This document shows, piece by piece, positions 37,845-46,455 of a stretch of DNA of 64,000 bases. Source of the stretch: Nannocystis bainbridge (lineage in GTDB: Bacteria > Myxococcota_A > Polyangia > Nannocystales > Nannocystaceae); contig NZ_JAQNDL010000001.1 in NCBI RefSeq assembly GCF_028368995.1, positions 800,001 through 864,000 of the forward strand. Reading direction: 5' to 3'. Numbering within the stretch: the first letter of the stretch is position 1; each line of letters opens with the position of its first letter. Both the position numbers and the translations under genes were made by a program. The notes below the pieces were generated by a model. The model did not search any database. It was not told the origin of the DNA and was given only the letters and a program-made list of their open reading frames with translations.

Positions 37845-38908
37845 TCGCCTTCGCCTTGACCCTGGTCGCCGCGCCCGCGCCGGCCGACATGACGATCACC
37901 GGCGACGCCGGCACTCCTCCGCCGCCGCCGGCCCAGGGCGCGAGCGTCCCGCCCGCGCCTGCCCCCGAGTCCAGCTCGCCCGGCACGACCCCCGGCGAGA
38001 CCCGCCAGGGCGAGCTGTTCGGCCCGCCCTACGGCTCGCGCGTCGGCGAGAAGCGCGAGGGCGAGGTCTGGCGGCCGATCGAGGGCCCCACTTACGACAA
38101 GCAGCCGGTCCCGAGCGAGTCGGCGGTCACTGGCCAGAGCAACCCCGACCTCACCGACAGCCTCAGCAAGAAGAAGCAGGCCCCACCGACCGGCGAGAGC
38201 CGGCAGCGGTTCGCGCTCGAGGTCAAGATGGGCCCGTATCTGCCCGACGTCGACCGCAACTGGAGCGGCGAGGGCTTCGGCCCCTACGCCAAGGTCTTCG
38301 GCGAGACCGACTCGCGCGGCATCACCATCGGCCCGCCGAAAAAGAGCATTTACGGAGGTCTCGCCTTCGAGTGGCAGATCACCAAGAAGCTGGCCGGCCC
38401 GATCGGCATCGGTATTCAGTGGACCATGGCCCGCGACAAGGCCCAGGCCCCGCTCGCCGAGCCCCCGGACGAGGGCCCCACCCGCAGCCGCGCCGACACC
38501 GTGCGCTTCACCGTCATGCCGATCGCCTTCCAGGCGGTCTACCGCTTCGAACTGCTGGCCGACAAGGTCCGCTGGGCCCCGTTCGTCCCCTACGTCAAGG
38601 CCGGCGTCGCCTATGCCTTTTGGTGGACCAAGAACGGCAACGGCAACATCGCCGTCATCAAGGACGGCACCGAGGTCGTCGACCGCGGCCGCGGCGGCGT
38701 GTGGGGCTACCAGATCAACCTCGGCATGATGCTGCGGCTCGATTTCCTCGACCCCGGCACCGCCCGCACCTTCGACCGGATCTCCGGCATCAACCACACC
38801 TACATCATCGGCGAGTGGCAGCTGACCCGGCTCTCGAACTTCGGGCGCAAGGACAGCATGAACCTCGGCGACAGCACCTGGATGATCGGACTCGCCACCG
38901 AGTTCTGA
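37841..38908 (+). CDS. MXAN_2562-family outer-membrane beta-barrel protein
   Basis: GTGA overlap; FALEVKMGPYLPDVD, VPYVKAG.AYAFWW, LRLDFLDP..AR.FD..GINHTY; terminal Phe. Confidence 0.82.
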   Translation: MIAFALTLVAAPAPADMTITGDAGTPPPPPAQGASVPPAPAPESSSPGTTPGETRQGELFGPPYGSRVGEKREGEVWRPIEGPTYDKQPVPSESAVTGQSNPDLTDSLSKKKQAPPTGESRQRFALEVKMGPYLPDVDRNWSGEGFGPYAKVFGETDSRGITIGPPKKSIYGGLAFEWQITKKLAGPIGIGIQWTMARDKAQAPLAEPPDEGPTRSRADTVRFTVMPIAFQAVYRFELLADKVRWAPFVPYVKAGVAYAFWWTKNGNGNIAVIKDGTEVVDRGRGGVWGYQINLGMMLRLDFLDPGTARTFDRISGINHTYIIGEWQLTRLSNFGRKDSMNLGDSTWMIGLATEF

Positions 38909-38910
38909 GC

Positions 38911-39013
38911 CGGCCTGCGCGTCAGGACATGTGCATGAGGACATGGCCTCTTGCACATGTCCTGATGCACATCCCCTGAATCAATAGCCCTACATGTCCC
39001 TCGGGACATTGTC
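38911..39013. repeat. 14-bp phased array between convergent genes
   Basis: CCTG 38914, CATG 38928, 38942, 38956, CATC 38970; second pair CATG 38993, CATT 39007. Confidence 0.88.
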
Positions 39014-39024
39014 GGCACCGCGCC

Positions 39025-39558
39025 TCAGCGGTACACGTGCCCTTGCGCTTGCAGCGCGGCCTCGATGCGCGTCAGCTCGCGCAGGATCGCCTCGATGCGC
39101 ACATCCAGCGTCGGCCGTCCGGGCAGCTTCAAGCGGGCGCGCTCGAACGCCCCGTTCTCGGCCTCCATCGCCCCGCGGATCGCCCCAGCGCCGGCCCCGA
39201 GCGCCTCGAGCTCCTGGCGCTCGTGCGGCTGCAGCCCCTCGATCATCGCCAGCCACAGCCCGACCTCGCGGCTGGCGTCGAGCAGCACCGCGTCGAACCC
39301 CTCGACATCGTCGTCGGTGCGGGTCAGGTCGGTCGCCAGTTGGTCGCGCACCGCTTGCAGCGGCGACTCGAGCCAGATCCGCAGCGTCCGCGTCTCGCGG
39401 GCTACGCGGGCCAGCGTCTCGCTCAGGTGGGCCAGCTGCAGCGGCTTGTCCTGGCCCGACTCGAGGTAGCGGCGGGCCGCCGCGTCGGCGCGGCGCAGGC
39501 GGATGAACCCGTAGCCGACCAGCAGCACCGTCACCGCGGCGATGAAGAGCGTCTCCAT
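39025..39558 (-). CDS. Hypothetical membrane-anchored helical protein
   Basis: N-terminal TM then an amphipathic helical domain; GC3-rich codons. Confidence 0.8.
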   Translation of the reverse strand: METLFIAAVTVLLVGYGFIRLRRADAAARRYLESGQDKPLQLAHLSETLARVARETRTLRIWLESPLQAVRDQLATDLTRTDDDVEGFDAVLLDASREVGLWLAMIEGLQPHERQELEALGAGAGAIRGAMEAENGAFERARLKLPGRPTLDVRIEAILRELTRIEAALQAQGHVYR

Positions 39559-39868
39559 CTCACGCGGCGGCGCCGCCCGGATCGGCGGGGGCTGGGGCGC
39601 GCATCGTCGCGACGCGCGCGCAGGTCACGGACGTGTAACGTGACGCATCGCCGGGCGCGGCGCCGGGCGTGCGCTCGGAGCCCGACGGCGCGGTCACGGA
39701 CATGCCGCCGCGTCGCGTCTCGACGGTGGATCCGAGCTCGGGCGGCGCCGCGGACATGGGCTCTGCATCATAGCGCCGAAGCCTCGCTACCGTGACCGCC
39801 CCGCCGGTCCACCCGCGCGACGCGCCGTGCTTTCGGCCACATCGCTGCGGGTGTACGCTCGGCGCACC

Positions 39869-40042
39869 GTGGCCACGCCCAAGAAGTACCGCTGCCTCGT
39901 CTGCGAGCACATTTACGACCCCGTGGAAGGCGATCCCGGGAGCAACATCGCCCCCGGGACGGCGTTCGAGGACATCCCGGAGGACTGGTACTGCCCGGAC
40001 TGCGGCGCCACCAAGGCGGACTTCGAGCCCATCGAGGGGTGA
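39869..40042 (+). CDS. Rubredoxin
   Basis: [15 protein letters not shown]...[22 protein letters not shown]. Confidence 0.95.
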   Translation: MATPKKYRCLVCEHIYDPVEGDPGSNIAPGTAFEDIPEDWYCPDCGATKADFEPIEG

Positions 40043-40356
40043 GTCCGGGGCAGGCCGCCCGCGTCCGGACCTGGCTCTTGGGACCTGTCCGGATGAGCTC
40101 GCCGAGACCTGCGGGCGCGGCCCTCGTCACGCTGTTCAGGCGCGCCCCGGGGCGCGCTTCGATCGTCGTCGGGCGAGCCGAGCGCCGCCTGCGCGGGCGC
40201 GCGCCGATGCATGGGTCCACACTCCCCCAGCCATCGCGGACGGCCGCCGTTCGCCAGCCTGCAGGGTTTCACGACAGGCTTCGAGACCCCAACGCGGCGC
40301 ACGTCCGTCCGAGTTTGCTCTGGACGAGGAACCGTAAACCTTGCACCCTGGAGGGC

Positions 40357-40773
40357 GTGACGACACGTGCTCCACGGGTCTTGGTTGTTGAGGACGACGC
40401 GGCGACGGCCAGGGTGGTCAAGGGCGCGCTGACCGAGGCCGGGTTCGTCGTCGAGACCCTGGACAAGGGCTTCCTGCTGGTCGCCGTCGTCATGCGGTTC
40501 CAGCCCGACATGGTGGTGCTCGACCTCAACCTGCCGGACATGCGGGGCGACACGGCCATGAAGATGGTCCGGCGGGCCACCAACGTCGGCGGCAAGACCC
40601 TGCCGGTGGTCATCCTCAGCGGCATGCCGATCGAGCAACTGATGGAGATCCAGGGCCACCTGGGCGCCGTGGGCTGCATCCAGAAGCCGGCCTCGCTCGA
40701 CACCATCGTCGACCGCCTGTGCCAGCTGCTGTCGTGGCCGCGCAAGGATCGCAAGCCCGAGGCCGCTACCTGA
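40357..40773 (+). CDS. Single-domain response regulator (receiver)
   Basis: VLVVEDD, PDMVVLDLNLPDMRG, VVILSG, QKP; GGAGG RBS before GTG. Confidence 0.92.
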   Translation: MTTRAPRVLVVEDDAATARVVKGALTEAGFVVETLDKGFLLVAVVMRFQPDMVVLDLNLPDMRGDTAMKMVRRATNVGGKTLPVVILSGMPIEQLMEIQGHLGAVGCIQKPASLDTIVDRLCQLLSWPRKDRKPEAAT

Positions 40774-40806
40774 CCGGCCGGGCGGCCGTCCCCATGCTGC
40801 CTGTAA

Positions 40807-40844
40807 GGACATGTCTCTCCTGGCATGTCCCAAGAGACATCCGA
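40807..40844. repeat. 14-bp phased array
   Basis: CATG 40810, 40824; CATC 40838. Confidence 0.8.
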
Positions 40845-40915
40845 AGAGCGACCGCGAGCTCGCCGCCGTGTAGATAGAGCTTGTGGCGAGCGGCGCGCGC
40901 CATGAATCTCGGCGG

Positions 40916-42280
40916 ATGCATTTGCCTGCCCTGCGGTTCACATCGCGAATTTGCGCCCTCTCCCTGCTGCTCGCCGCCTGCGGCGACGACCTCGGCGTCG
41001 GGACCGTCACCGACGGCGCGACGAGCACGAGCACCACGTCCACCGTCACCACCGACGACTCGACGAGCGAGCCGCTGCCGACCACCACCGATCCGACCAC
41101 CGGCGGCACGGCGACCGACGGCGAGTCGACGACCGATATCACCACGTCCACTACCGACGAGACGACTTCCACGACCACCACCGAGACCACGTCCACCACG
41201 GACGAGACTTCGACGTCCACCACCACGGACGAGACGACGACCACCACCACCACCACCGGCGACGCCGTGTGCGGCGACGGGGTGGTCGACGGCGGCGAGG
41301 AGTGCGACGACGGCAACGACGTCGACGAGGACGCCTGTACCAACGCGTGTATCTTCCCCGTCTGCGGCGACGCCATCGTCAACGGCGACGAGGCGTGCGA
41401 CGACGGCAACGCCATCGACGAGGACGCCTGTACCAACGCCTGCGCGCTCCCGGTCTGCGGCGACAACATCGTCGGCCCCGACGAACAGTGCGATGACGGC
41501 AACGTCGACGGCGGCGACGGCTGCGACCCCGAGTGCCAGCTCGAGCCGATCGAGCCCGTCACCTTCGAGTTCACGGGCGCGATCCAGGAGTACCTCGTGC
41601 CGCCCGGCGTCACCCAGGTGAAGCTCGAGGCCTGGGGAGCCGCCGGCGCGACCCCGACCAACAACCTCGCCGTCTGCAACGGCAACCCCGACAACGGCGG
41701 CAAGGGCGGCTACGCCGTCGGCGAGCTCACCGTCACGCCCGGGGACGTGCTGAAGATCCACGTCGGCGGCGCCGGCGGCCTCGGCAACGCACCCGGCTGG
41801 AACGGCGGCGGAGGCAGCTGCGGGGATCCCTCGACCTGCTCGGGCGGCGGCGGCGCCTCCGACGTGCGCACCGCGGCCGACCTCGCCTCGCGCGTCCTCG
41901 TCGCGGGCGGCGGCGGCGGGGCCGAACACTCATGCGGTGGCCAGGGCGGCGGCGCCGGCGGGGGTCTCGTGGGCGCGGCCGGGTTGGGCGGGGACTTCGT
42001 CACGGGCGACGCCCCCGGCGGCACGCAGCTCGCCGGCGGCGCCGGAGGCCTCGGCGCCGGCAACCAGAACGGCACCGCCGGCGCCGCCGGCGTCGGCGGC
42101 AACGGGGCCACGAGCCTGCACGCGGGCGGCGGCGGCGGCGGCTGGTTCGGCGGCGGCGGCGGCGGCCAGGACGGCCACGGCGGCGGCGGCTCGTCGTTCC
42201 TCGGCACGCTCACGAACGCCAGCACCACCCCCGGCCTGCAGGCCGGCGACGGCAAGATCGTCGTCACCCCGCTGATCTGA
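40916..42280 (+). CDS. Lipoprotein with Thr linker, DUF4215 Cys-rich repeats and a C-terminal glycine-rich domain
   Basis: Lipobox LAAC; three CGD..CDDGN repeats; FTGAIQEYLVP..V....EAWGAAG..GGKGG, VAGGGGG, GGGGSS motifs. Confidence 0.88.
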   Translation: MHLPALRFTSRICALSLLLAACGDDLGVGTVTDGATSTSTTSTVTTDDSTSEPLPTTTDPTTGGTATDGESTTDITTSTTDETTSTTTTETTSTTDETSTSTTTDETTTTTTTTGDAVCGDGVVDGGEECDDGNDVDEDACTNACIFPVCGDAIVNGDEACDDGNAIDEDACTNACALPVCGDNIVGPDEQCDDGNVDGGDGCDPECQLEPIEPVTFEFTGAIQEYLVPPGVTQVKLEAWGAAGATPTNNLAVCNGNPDNGGKGGYAVGELTVTPGDVLKIHVGGAGGLGNAPGWNGGGGSCGDPSTCSGGGGASDVRTAADLASRVLVAGGGGGAEHSCGGQGGGAGGGLVGAAGLGGDFVTGDAPGGTQLAGGAGGLGAGNQNGTAGAAGVGGNGATSLHAGGGGGGWFGGGGGGQDGHGGGGSSFLGTLTNASTTPGLQAGDGKIVVTPLI

Positions 42281-42308
42281 GCCGATCCTGTCCGCCAGGA
42301 CAGACTGC

Positions 42309-42440
42309 ACGGATGTCCTGACAGCCATGTCCTTCAGGACATCCTGAGACCACCCGGCCGTCGCCGCGCCGCGGATGTCCTGATGGACATGTCCATGCGG
42401 ACATCCCCGCGTGGGATGATATGTCCTTCAGGACATCTTA
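42309..42440. repeat. Three short 14-bp phased clusters
   Basis: GATG 42312/CATG 42326/CATC 42340; GATG 42374/CATG 42388/CATC 42402; TATG 42420/CATC 42434. Confidence 0.8.
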
Positions 42441-42587
42441 TCCGCGCGGGCCGCTCGACCTCGATCCGCCCGCGCAGTTCCGCGCGGCTCTACCTGTCTG
42501 AAAGGCCAGCTCGTTCGCGGCCCTGCTCGCGGGGGAGCGCACGCCGGCGCGGCGCCTCGCGCGGATCGCCTGCGTTAGCATCGCTCG

Positions 42588-43658
42588 ATGTCGGTCCGCC
42601 GCCGCGCCCTTGCGTTCGCCGTCCTGCCGCTGCTGCCTGGCTGCTTCAGGGACGACGGCGCCGCCCTGACCCAGACCGCCGCCTCGCTCGAGCCTGGCAC
42701 CTCGACCAGCACCGGCCCCACCACGGGCACCACCGGCGCGATCGATCCGACCACCACCACCAGCGGCGAGCCCGACACCGCCACCACCGACCCGGACACC
42801 ACCGGCACCACCGCGCCGCCGCTGTGCCCCGGCGAGATGCAGTGCACCCCCGGCGAGGTCATGGACACCGGGGCGCTGTGCGAGACGTGCGGCCGCGTGC
42901 GTCGCACCTGTCAGGACGACTGCACCTGGGGCGCCGACGCGTGCTTCGACGACCCCACCTCGTGCGCCTACTGGTACTTCGACGAAGTCCAGCTCGGCTG
43001 GGAGCGGATCGCCCTGCCCCAGCCGCCCCCGCGCCACGCCCCCGCGGCCCCGGCGATCGCCGCCTTCGATCTCCACACCCACGACCAGATCTTCGTCCTC
43101 ACCGCGACCACCTACCACGTGCTGCGCGGCAGCGACGGCAGCTGGCTCGCCTCGGGGCCGCTGGCCGACGTGTTCCCCGGGCTGCCGTTCCCGCTGCTGC
43201 AGTCGTACGCGGTCTACCAGCCCGACTTCGATAACTACATCGTCTACGCCGTCGGTGACCCGATCGCGCGGCTCTACTCGTTCGCCGTCGTGCCGGACGG
43301 CTTCATGACCGAGTACGCGACCGAGGACGCGTGCTGCGGCTCGTTCACCCAGCTCGTCAACCCTGGCACCCCCGCGGCGGTGCGCGACCTCTTCATCGAC
43401 CTCACCCCGCCGTTCTCGTGGGTGGGCGGCCAGTTCTACGCCACCTGCGTCGACGAACTCCTGCCTCTCACCCAATACGCCGCCTGGGTGACGCCGACCG
43501 ACGTGTTCGTCCAGGACCTCGCCTTCTGCTTCGAGATGGTCGCGCAGAGCCCGATCGCCCAGTTCCCGCCGTTCGCCGCCCCCGGCGCCCCGCCCGGCGA
43601 GCGGATCGGCGGCGTCGCCATGCTCGGCGAGCGCCTCTACGTGTTCGCCGGCGAGTGA
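42588..43658 (+). CDS. Cys-containing lipoprotein, unknown function
   Basis: Lipobox LPGC; Thr linker; CTPGE..CETCG..RTCQDDCTWG; TAGCAT 6 nt before ATG. Confidence 0.85.
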   Translation: MSVRRRALAFAVLPLLPGCFRDDGAALTQTAASLEPGTSTSTGPTTGTTGAIDPTTTTSGEPDTATTDPDTTGTTAPPLCPGEMQCTPGEVMDTGALCETCGRVRRTCQDDCTWGADACFDDPTSCAYWYFDEVQLGWERIALPQPPPRHAPAAPAIAAFDLHTHDQIFVLTATTYHVLRGSDGSWLASGPLADVFPGLPFPLLQSYAVYQPDFDNYIVYAVGDPIARLYSFAVVPDGFMTEYATEDACCGSFTQLVNPGTPAAVRDLFIDLTPPFSWVGGQFYATCVDELLPLTQYAAWVTPTDVFVQDLAFCFEMVAQSPIAQFPPFAAPGAPPGERIGGVAMLGERLYVFAGE

Positions 43659-44977
43659 CCTGCCCCTTCGGACCTTTCCGATTCGCCCTGTTCGTTCGCA
43701 CCTGTTCTTTCGAGCCTGCGCGAAAGGACAGCCCACGGCAGGCACAGCGCCGCCGCCACCCCACACACCCCCGGCGCCGCCGCCCCGAGCGCCCCCAGGC
43801 CGCTGTACAGCCAGCCCGCGGCCACGTCCCCGCCGCGGTACACGGCGGTGTCGATCAGGTGCTTGGCCTTGTACTTGGCCTCGCGCCCGGCCTGGGTGAA
43901 CAGCACCTCGCGGGCCGGCTTGGCCAGCGAGAAGTCGGCCGCCCGGCGCAGCACCTGGAACCCGATCAGCACCGCCAGCACCGGCGACGTCGCCAGCACC
44001 ACGAAGCCGATCAGCGAGATCACCGGCAGCAGCGCCAGCGTCCAGCCGACCCCGAGCCTGGGGATGATGCGCCCGACCGCCAGCCCTTGCAGCGCCACGC
44101 TGATCGCGTTGACGGCCAGGTCGGCCCTGGCGAACAGCGCCGTGCGCTCGGCCGGGTCGGCGATCGCCGCCTTGACGATGCGCGCCTGCTCGAAGTAGGC
44201 GAACGTCGCCGTCGTGGTCAGCAGCAGGATCCACAGCGAGATCCCGCGCAACCGCGGCGAGCGGGCGATCAGCACGAACGCCGCCAGCGCCCCGCCGCCG
44301 ATCGGCCGGGCGTCCATCGACATGACCTCCTGGACATGTTCCGAAGAACCTGTCCGAAGCGACCGCATCAGCCCGCGCGCGCACGCGATCGCGCCCTCGA
44401 GGAACAGCGCTGCCAGCAGCACCAGCGCCGGCGCGCCGAGGTGGGGCACCAGCGCCGCGGTCAGCAGCGGGCCCAGGATCGCGCCCGCGCTGCCGCCCGC
44501 CGCCACCAGCCCGAACAGCCGCTCCCCCTGTTCGCGCCGCCACAGATCGGCCATCAGCTCCCAGAACACCGACACGACCAGCAGGTTGTAGACCGCCGCC
44601 CACACGAAGAAGCTGCGGGCCGTCCACACCAGCACGGGCCCGTCGGCCAGCGCGAACAGGCCGACGAACCCGAGCAGCACCAGCGCGCAGAAGCGGTACA
44701 CCAGCGGCACGATCGTGCGCCGGCCGAACCGCGCCACCACCCACGAATAGGCCGGCACCGCCGCCAGCATCACCACGAAGGTCGCCGAGAACAGCCACGG
44801 CAGCCCGTCGACCCCGCCGGCCGTGCCCATCTCGTCGCGCAGCGGCCTCAGGATGTAAAACGAGCACAGGGCGCAGAACAGCAGCCCCGCCGACCACAGC
44901 GCCCCCGGCAACTCCTCGCGCTGCAGCGGCGCGATCGCCCGCGCCACCCGCCACACCCGGCCATCGACATCTGCCAT
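43637..44977 (-). CDS. MFS transporter of the NTP/NDP exchange (TLC-like) family
   Basis: FYILRPLRD, FFVWAAVYNLLVVSVFW, RLFGLVAAGGSAGAILGP, KPAREVLF, KYKAKHLIDTAVYRGGD. Confidence 0.9.
   Translation of the reverse strand: MADVDGRVWRVARAIAPLQREELPGALWSAGLLFCALCSFYILRPLRDEMGTAGGVDGLPWLFSATFVVMLAAVPAYSWVVARFGRRTIVPLVYRFCALVLLGFVGLFALADGPVLVWTARSFFVWAAVYNLLVVSVFWELMADLWRREQGERLFGLVAAGGSAGAILGPLLTAALVPHLGAPALVLLAALFLEGAIACARGLMRSLRTGSSEHVQEVMSMDARPIGGGALAAFVLIARSPRLRGISLWILLLTTTATFAYFEQARIVKAAIADPAERTALFARADLAVNAISVALQGLAVGRIIPRLGVGWTLALLPVISLIGFVVLATSPVLAVLIGFQVLRRAADFSLAKPAREVLFTQAGREAKYKAKHLIDTAVYRGGDVAAGWLYSGLGALGAAAPGVCGVAAALCLPWAVLSRRLERTGANEQGESERSEGAGHSPANT
43656..43735. repeat. Degenerate 14-bp phased array (CCTG cores) in the transporter C-terminal tail
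   Basis: CCTG 43659, CCTT 43673, CCTG 43687, 43701, 43715, CAGC 43729. Confidence 0.75.
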
Positions 44978-45105
44978 CGCCGCGATTGTAGAGGACGCCC
45001 CCCTCGCCGCCCCCGGCCGCGCAGCGTGCGGGCCCGTCACCGCCTCACGTCGGCGATGCGAAACCCGTGCCCGGGTCCGCGGGTCCCAGCACCACCGAGC
45101 CCTGC

Positions 45106-46308
45106 ATGAGCCTCGCACGTCGTCGCTTCCTCCGTCTCGCCAGCGCCGCCCTCGGCCTCGCCGCCTGTCGTCCCGGCCCCGGTGAACAGACCGCCGCGCC
45201 CCCTTCGGACGGCGCCCCGCCGCCCGCCGATCCGCCGCTGCGCCCCGAGCCTGTCCTGCTCGGCGGGCCCAAGCAGAAGATCCTGATCCTCGGCGGCACC
45301 GCCTTCCTCGGCCCGCAGCTCGTCGAGGCCGCCCAGGCCCGCGGCCACAGCGTCACCCTGTTCAACCGCGGCAAGACCCGGCCCGAGCTGTTCCCCGACG
45401 TCGAGAAGCTGCGCGGCGACCGTGACGGCGACCTCAAGGCGCTGCAGGGCCGCACCTGGGACACCGTCATCGACACCTCCGGCTACGTCCCGCGGATCGT
45501 CAAGGCCTCGGCCGAGCTGCTGGCGCCGAACGTCCGCCAGTACGTGTTCGTCTCCACCATCTCCGTCTACGCCGACACCAGCAAGCTCGGCATCGACGAG
45601 GACGCCCCCGTCGCCGTCGCCCCCGATCCCACGACCGAGGACATCCCGGCCCACTACGGCGCGCTCAAGGCCCTGTGTGAGCAGGCGGCCGAGGCCGCGG
45701 TGCCCGGCCGCACCACCGTCATTCGCCCCGGCCTCATCGTCGGCCCGGGCGACGGCAGCGACCGCTTCACCTACTGGCCGGCGCGCGTGGCCGCCGGCGG
45801 CGAGGTGCTCGCGCCCGGCGATCCGAGCACCCCGGTGCAGTTCATCGATGTCCGCGACCTCGCCGAGTTCATCATCGCCGCGATCGAGGGCGGCCACGTC
45901 GGCGTCTACAACGCCGACGGCGCGCCGCTGCCGATGGGCGAGCTGCTGACCGGCAGCAAGGCCGCGCTGGCCAGCAACGCCGAGTTCACATGGGTCGATC
46001 GTCAGTTCCTGGCCGACAACAAGGTCGAGCCGTGGAGCGACCTGCCGGTGTGGCTCCCGCCCGACCCCGGGTTCGAGGGCGCGGCTACCTTCCGCATCGA
46101 CCGCGCCACCGCGATCGGCCTCAAGTTCCGCCCGCTGGCCGAGACCGTGACCTCTACAGTTGCCTGGTGGAACACCCTGCCCGAGCCGCGCCGGGCCAAG
46201 ATGCGGGCCGGCATCACCCGCGAGCGCGAGGCCCAGCTGCTGGCCGCCTGGCACGCCGCCCACCCGGCCCCGGGCAAGCCCAAGGCCAAGAAGAAGAAAG
46301 CCGCGTAG
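45106..46308 (+). CDS. NAD-dependent epimerase/dehydratase (atypical SDR) with a Tat lipoprotein signal
   Basis: RRRFL...LGLAAC; ILILGGTAFLG, FNRGKT, STISVY, YGALKALCE, RPGLIVGP, QFIDVRDLA. Confidence 0.9.
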   Translation: MSLARRRFLRLASAALGLAACRPGPGEQTAAPPSDGAPPPADPPLRPEPVLLGGPKQKILILGGTAFLGPQLVEAAQARGHSVTLFNRGKTRPELFPDVEKLRGDRDGDLKALQGRTWDTVIDTSGYVPRIVKASAELLAPNVRQYVFVSTISVYADTSKLGIDEDAPVAVAPDPTTEDIPAHYGALKALCEQAAEAAVPGRTTVIRPGLIVGPGDGSDRFTYWPARVAAGGEVLAPGDPSTPVQFIDVRDLAEFIIAAIEGGHVGVYNADGAPLPMGELLTGSKAALASNAEFTWVDRQFLADNKVEPWSDLPVWLPPDPGFEGAATFRIDRATAIGLKFRPLAETVTSTVAWWNTLPEPRRAKMRAGITREREAQLLAAWHAAHPAPGKPKAKKKKAA

Positions 46309-46399
46309 GCTGCCCCTCGGGGCATGCCCGTAGAGACATGACCGAAGGGGCATGTCCATCCGGGCATGTCCATCCGAGCATGCCCTGAGGACCAGCCGC
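46306..46399. repeat. 14-bp phased RRRCATGYYY array between convergent genes
   Basis: GCTG 46309, CATG 46323, 46337, 46351, 46365, 46379, CAGC 46393. Confidence 0.93.
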
Positions 46400-46455
46400 G
46401 TCGCCGCGGCTCACCGCCTCGCGTCGTCGCCGGCGCGAGGCTCACCGCCCTCGCC

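Noticed and set aside
41030-41260. ACC/ACG-rich low-complexity tracts (also near 62770-62950 and 10255-10345)
   Set aside because: They simply encode Thr/Ser or KADAP lipoprotein linkers.
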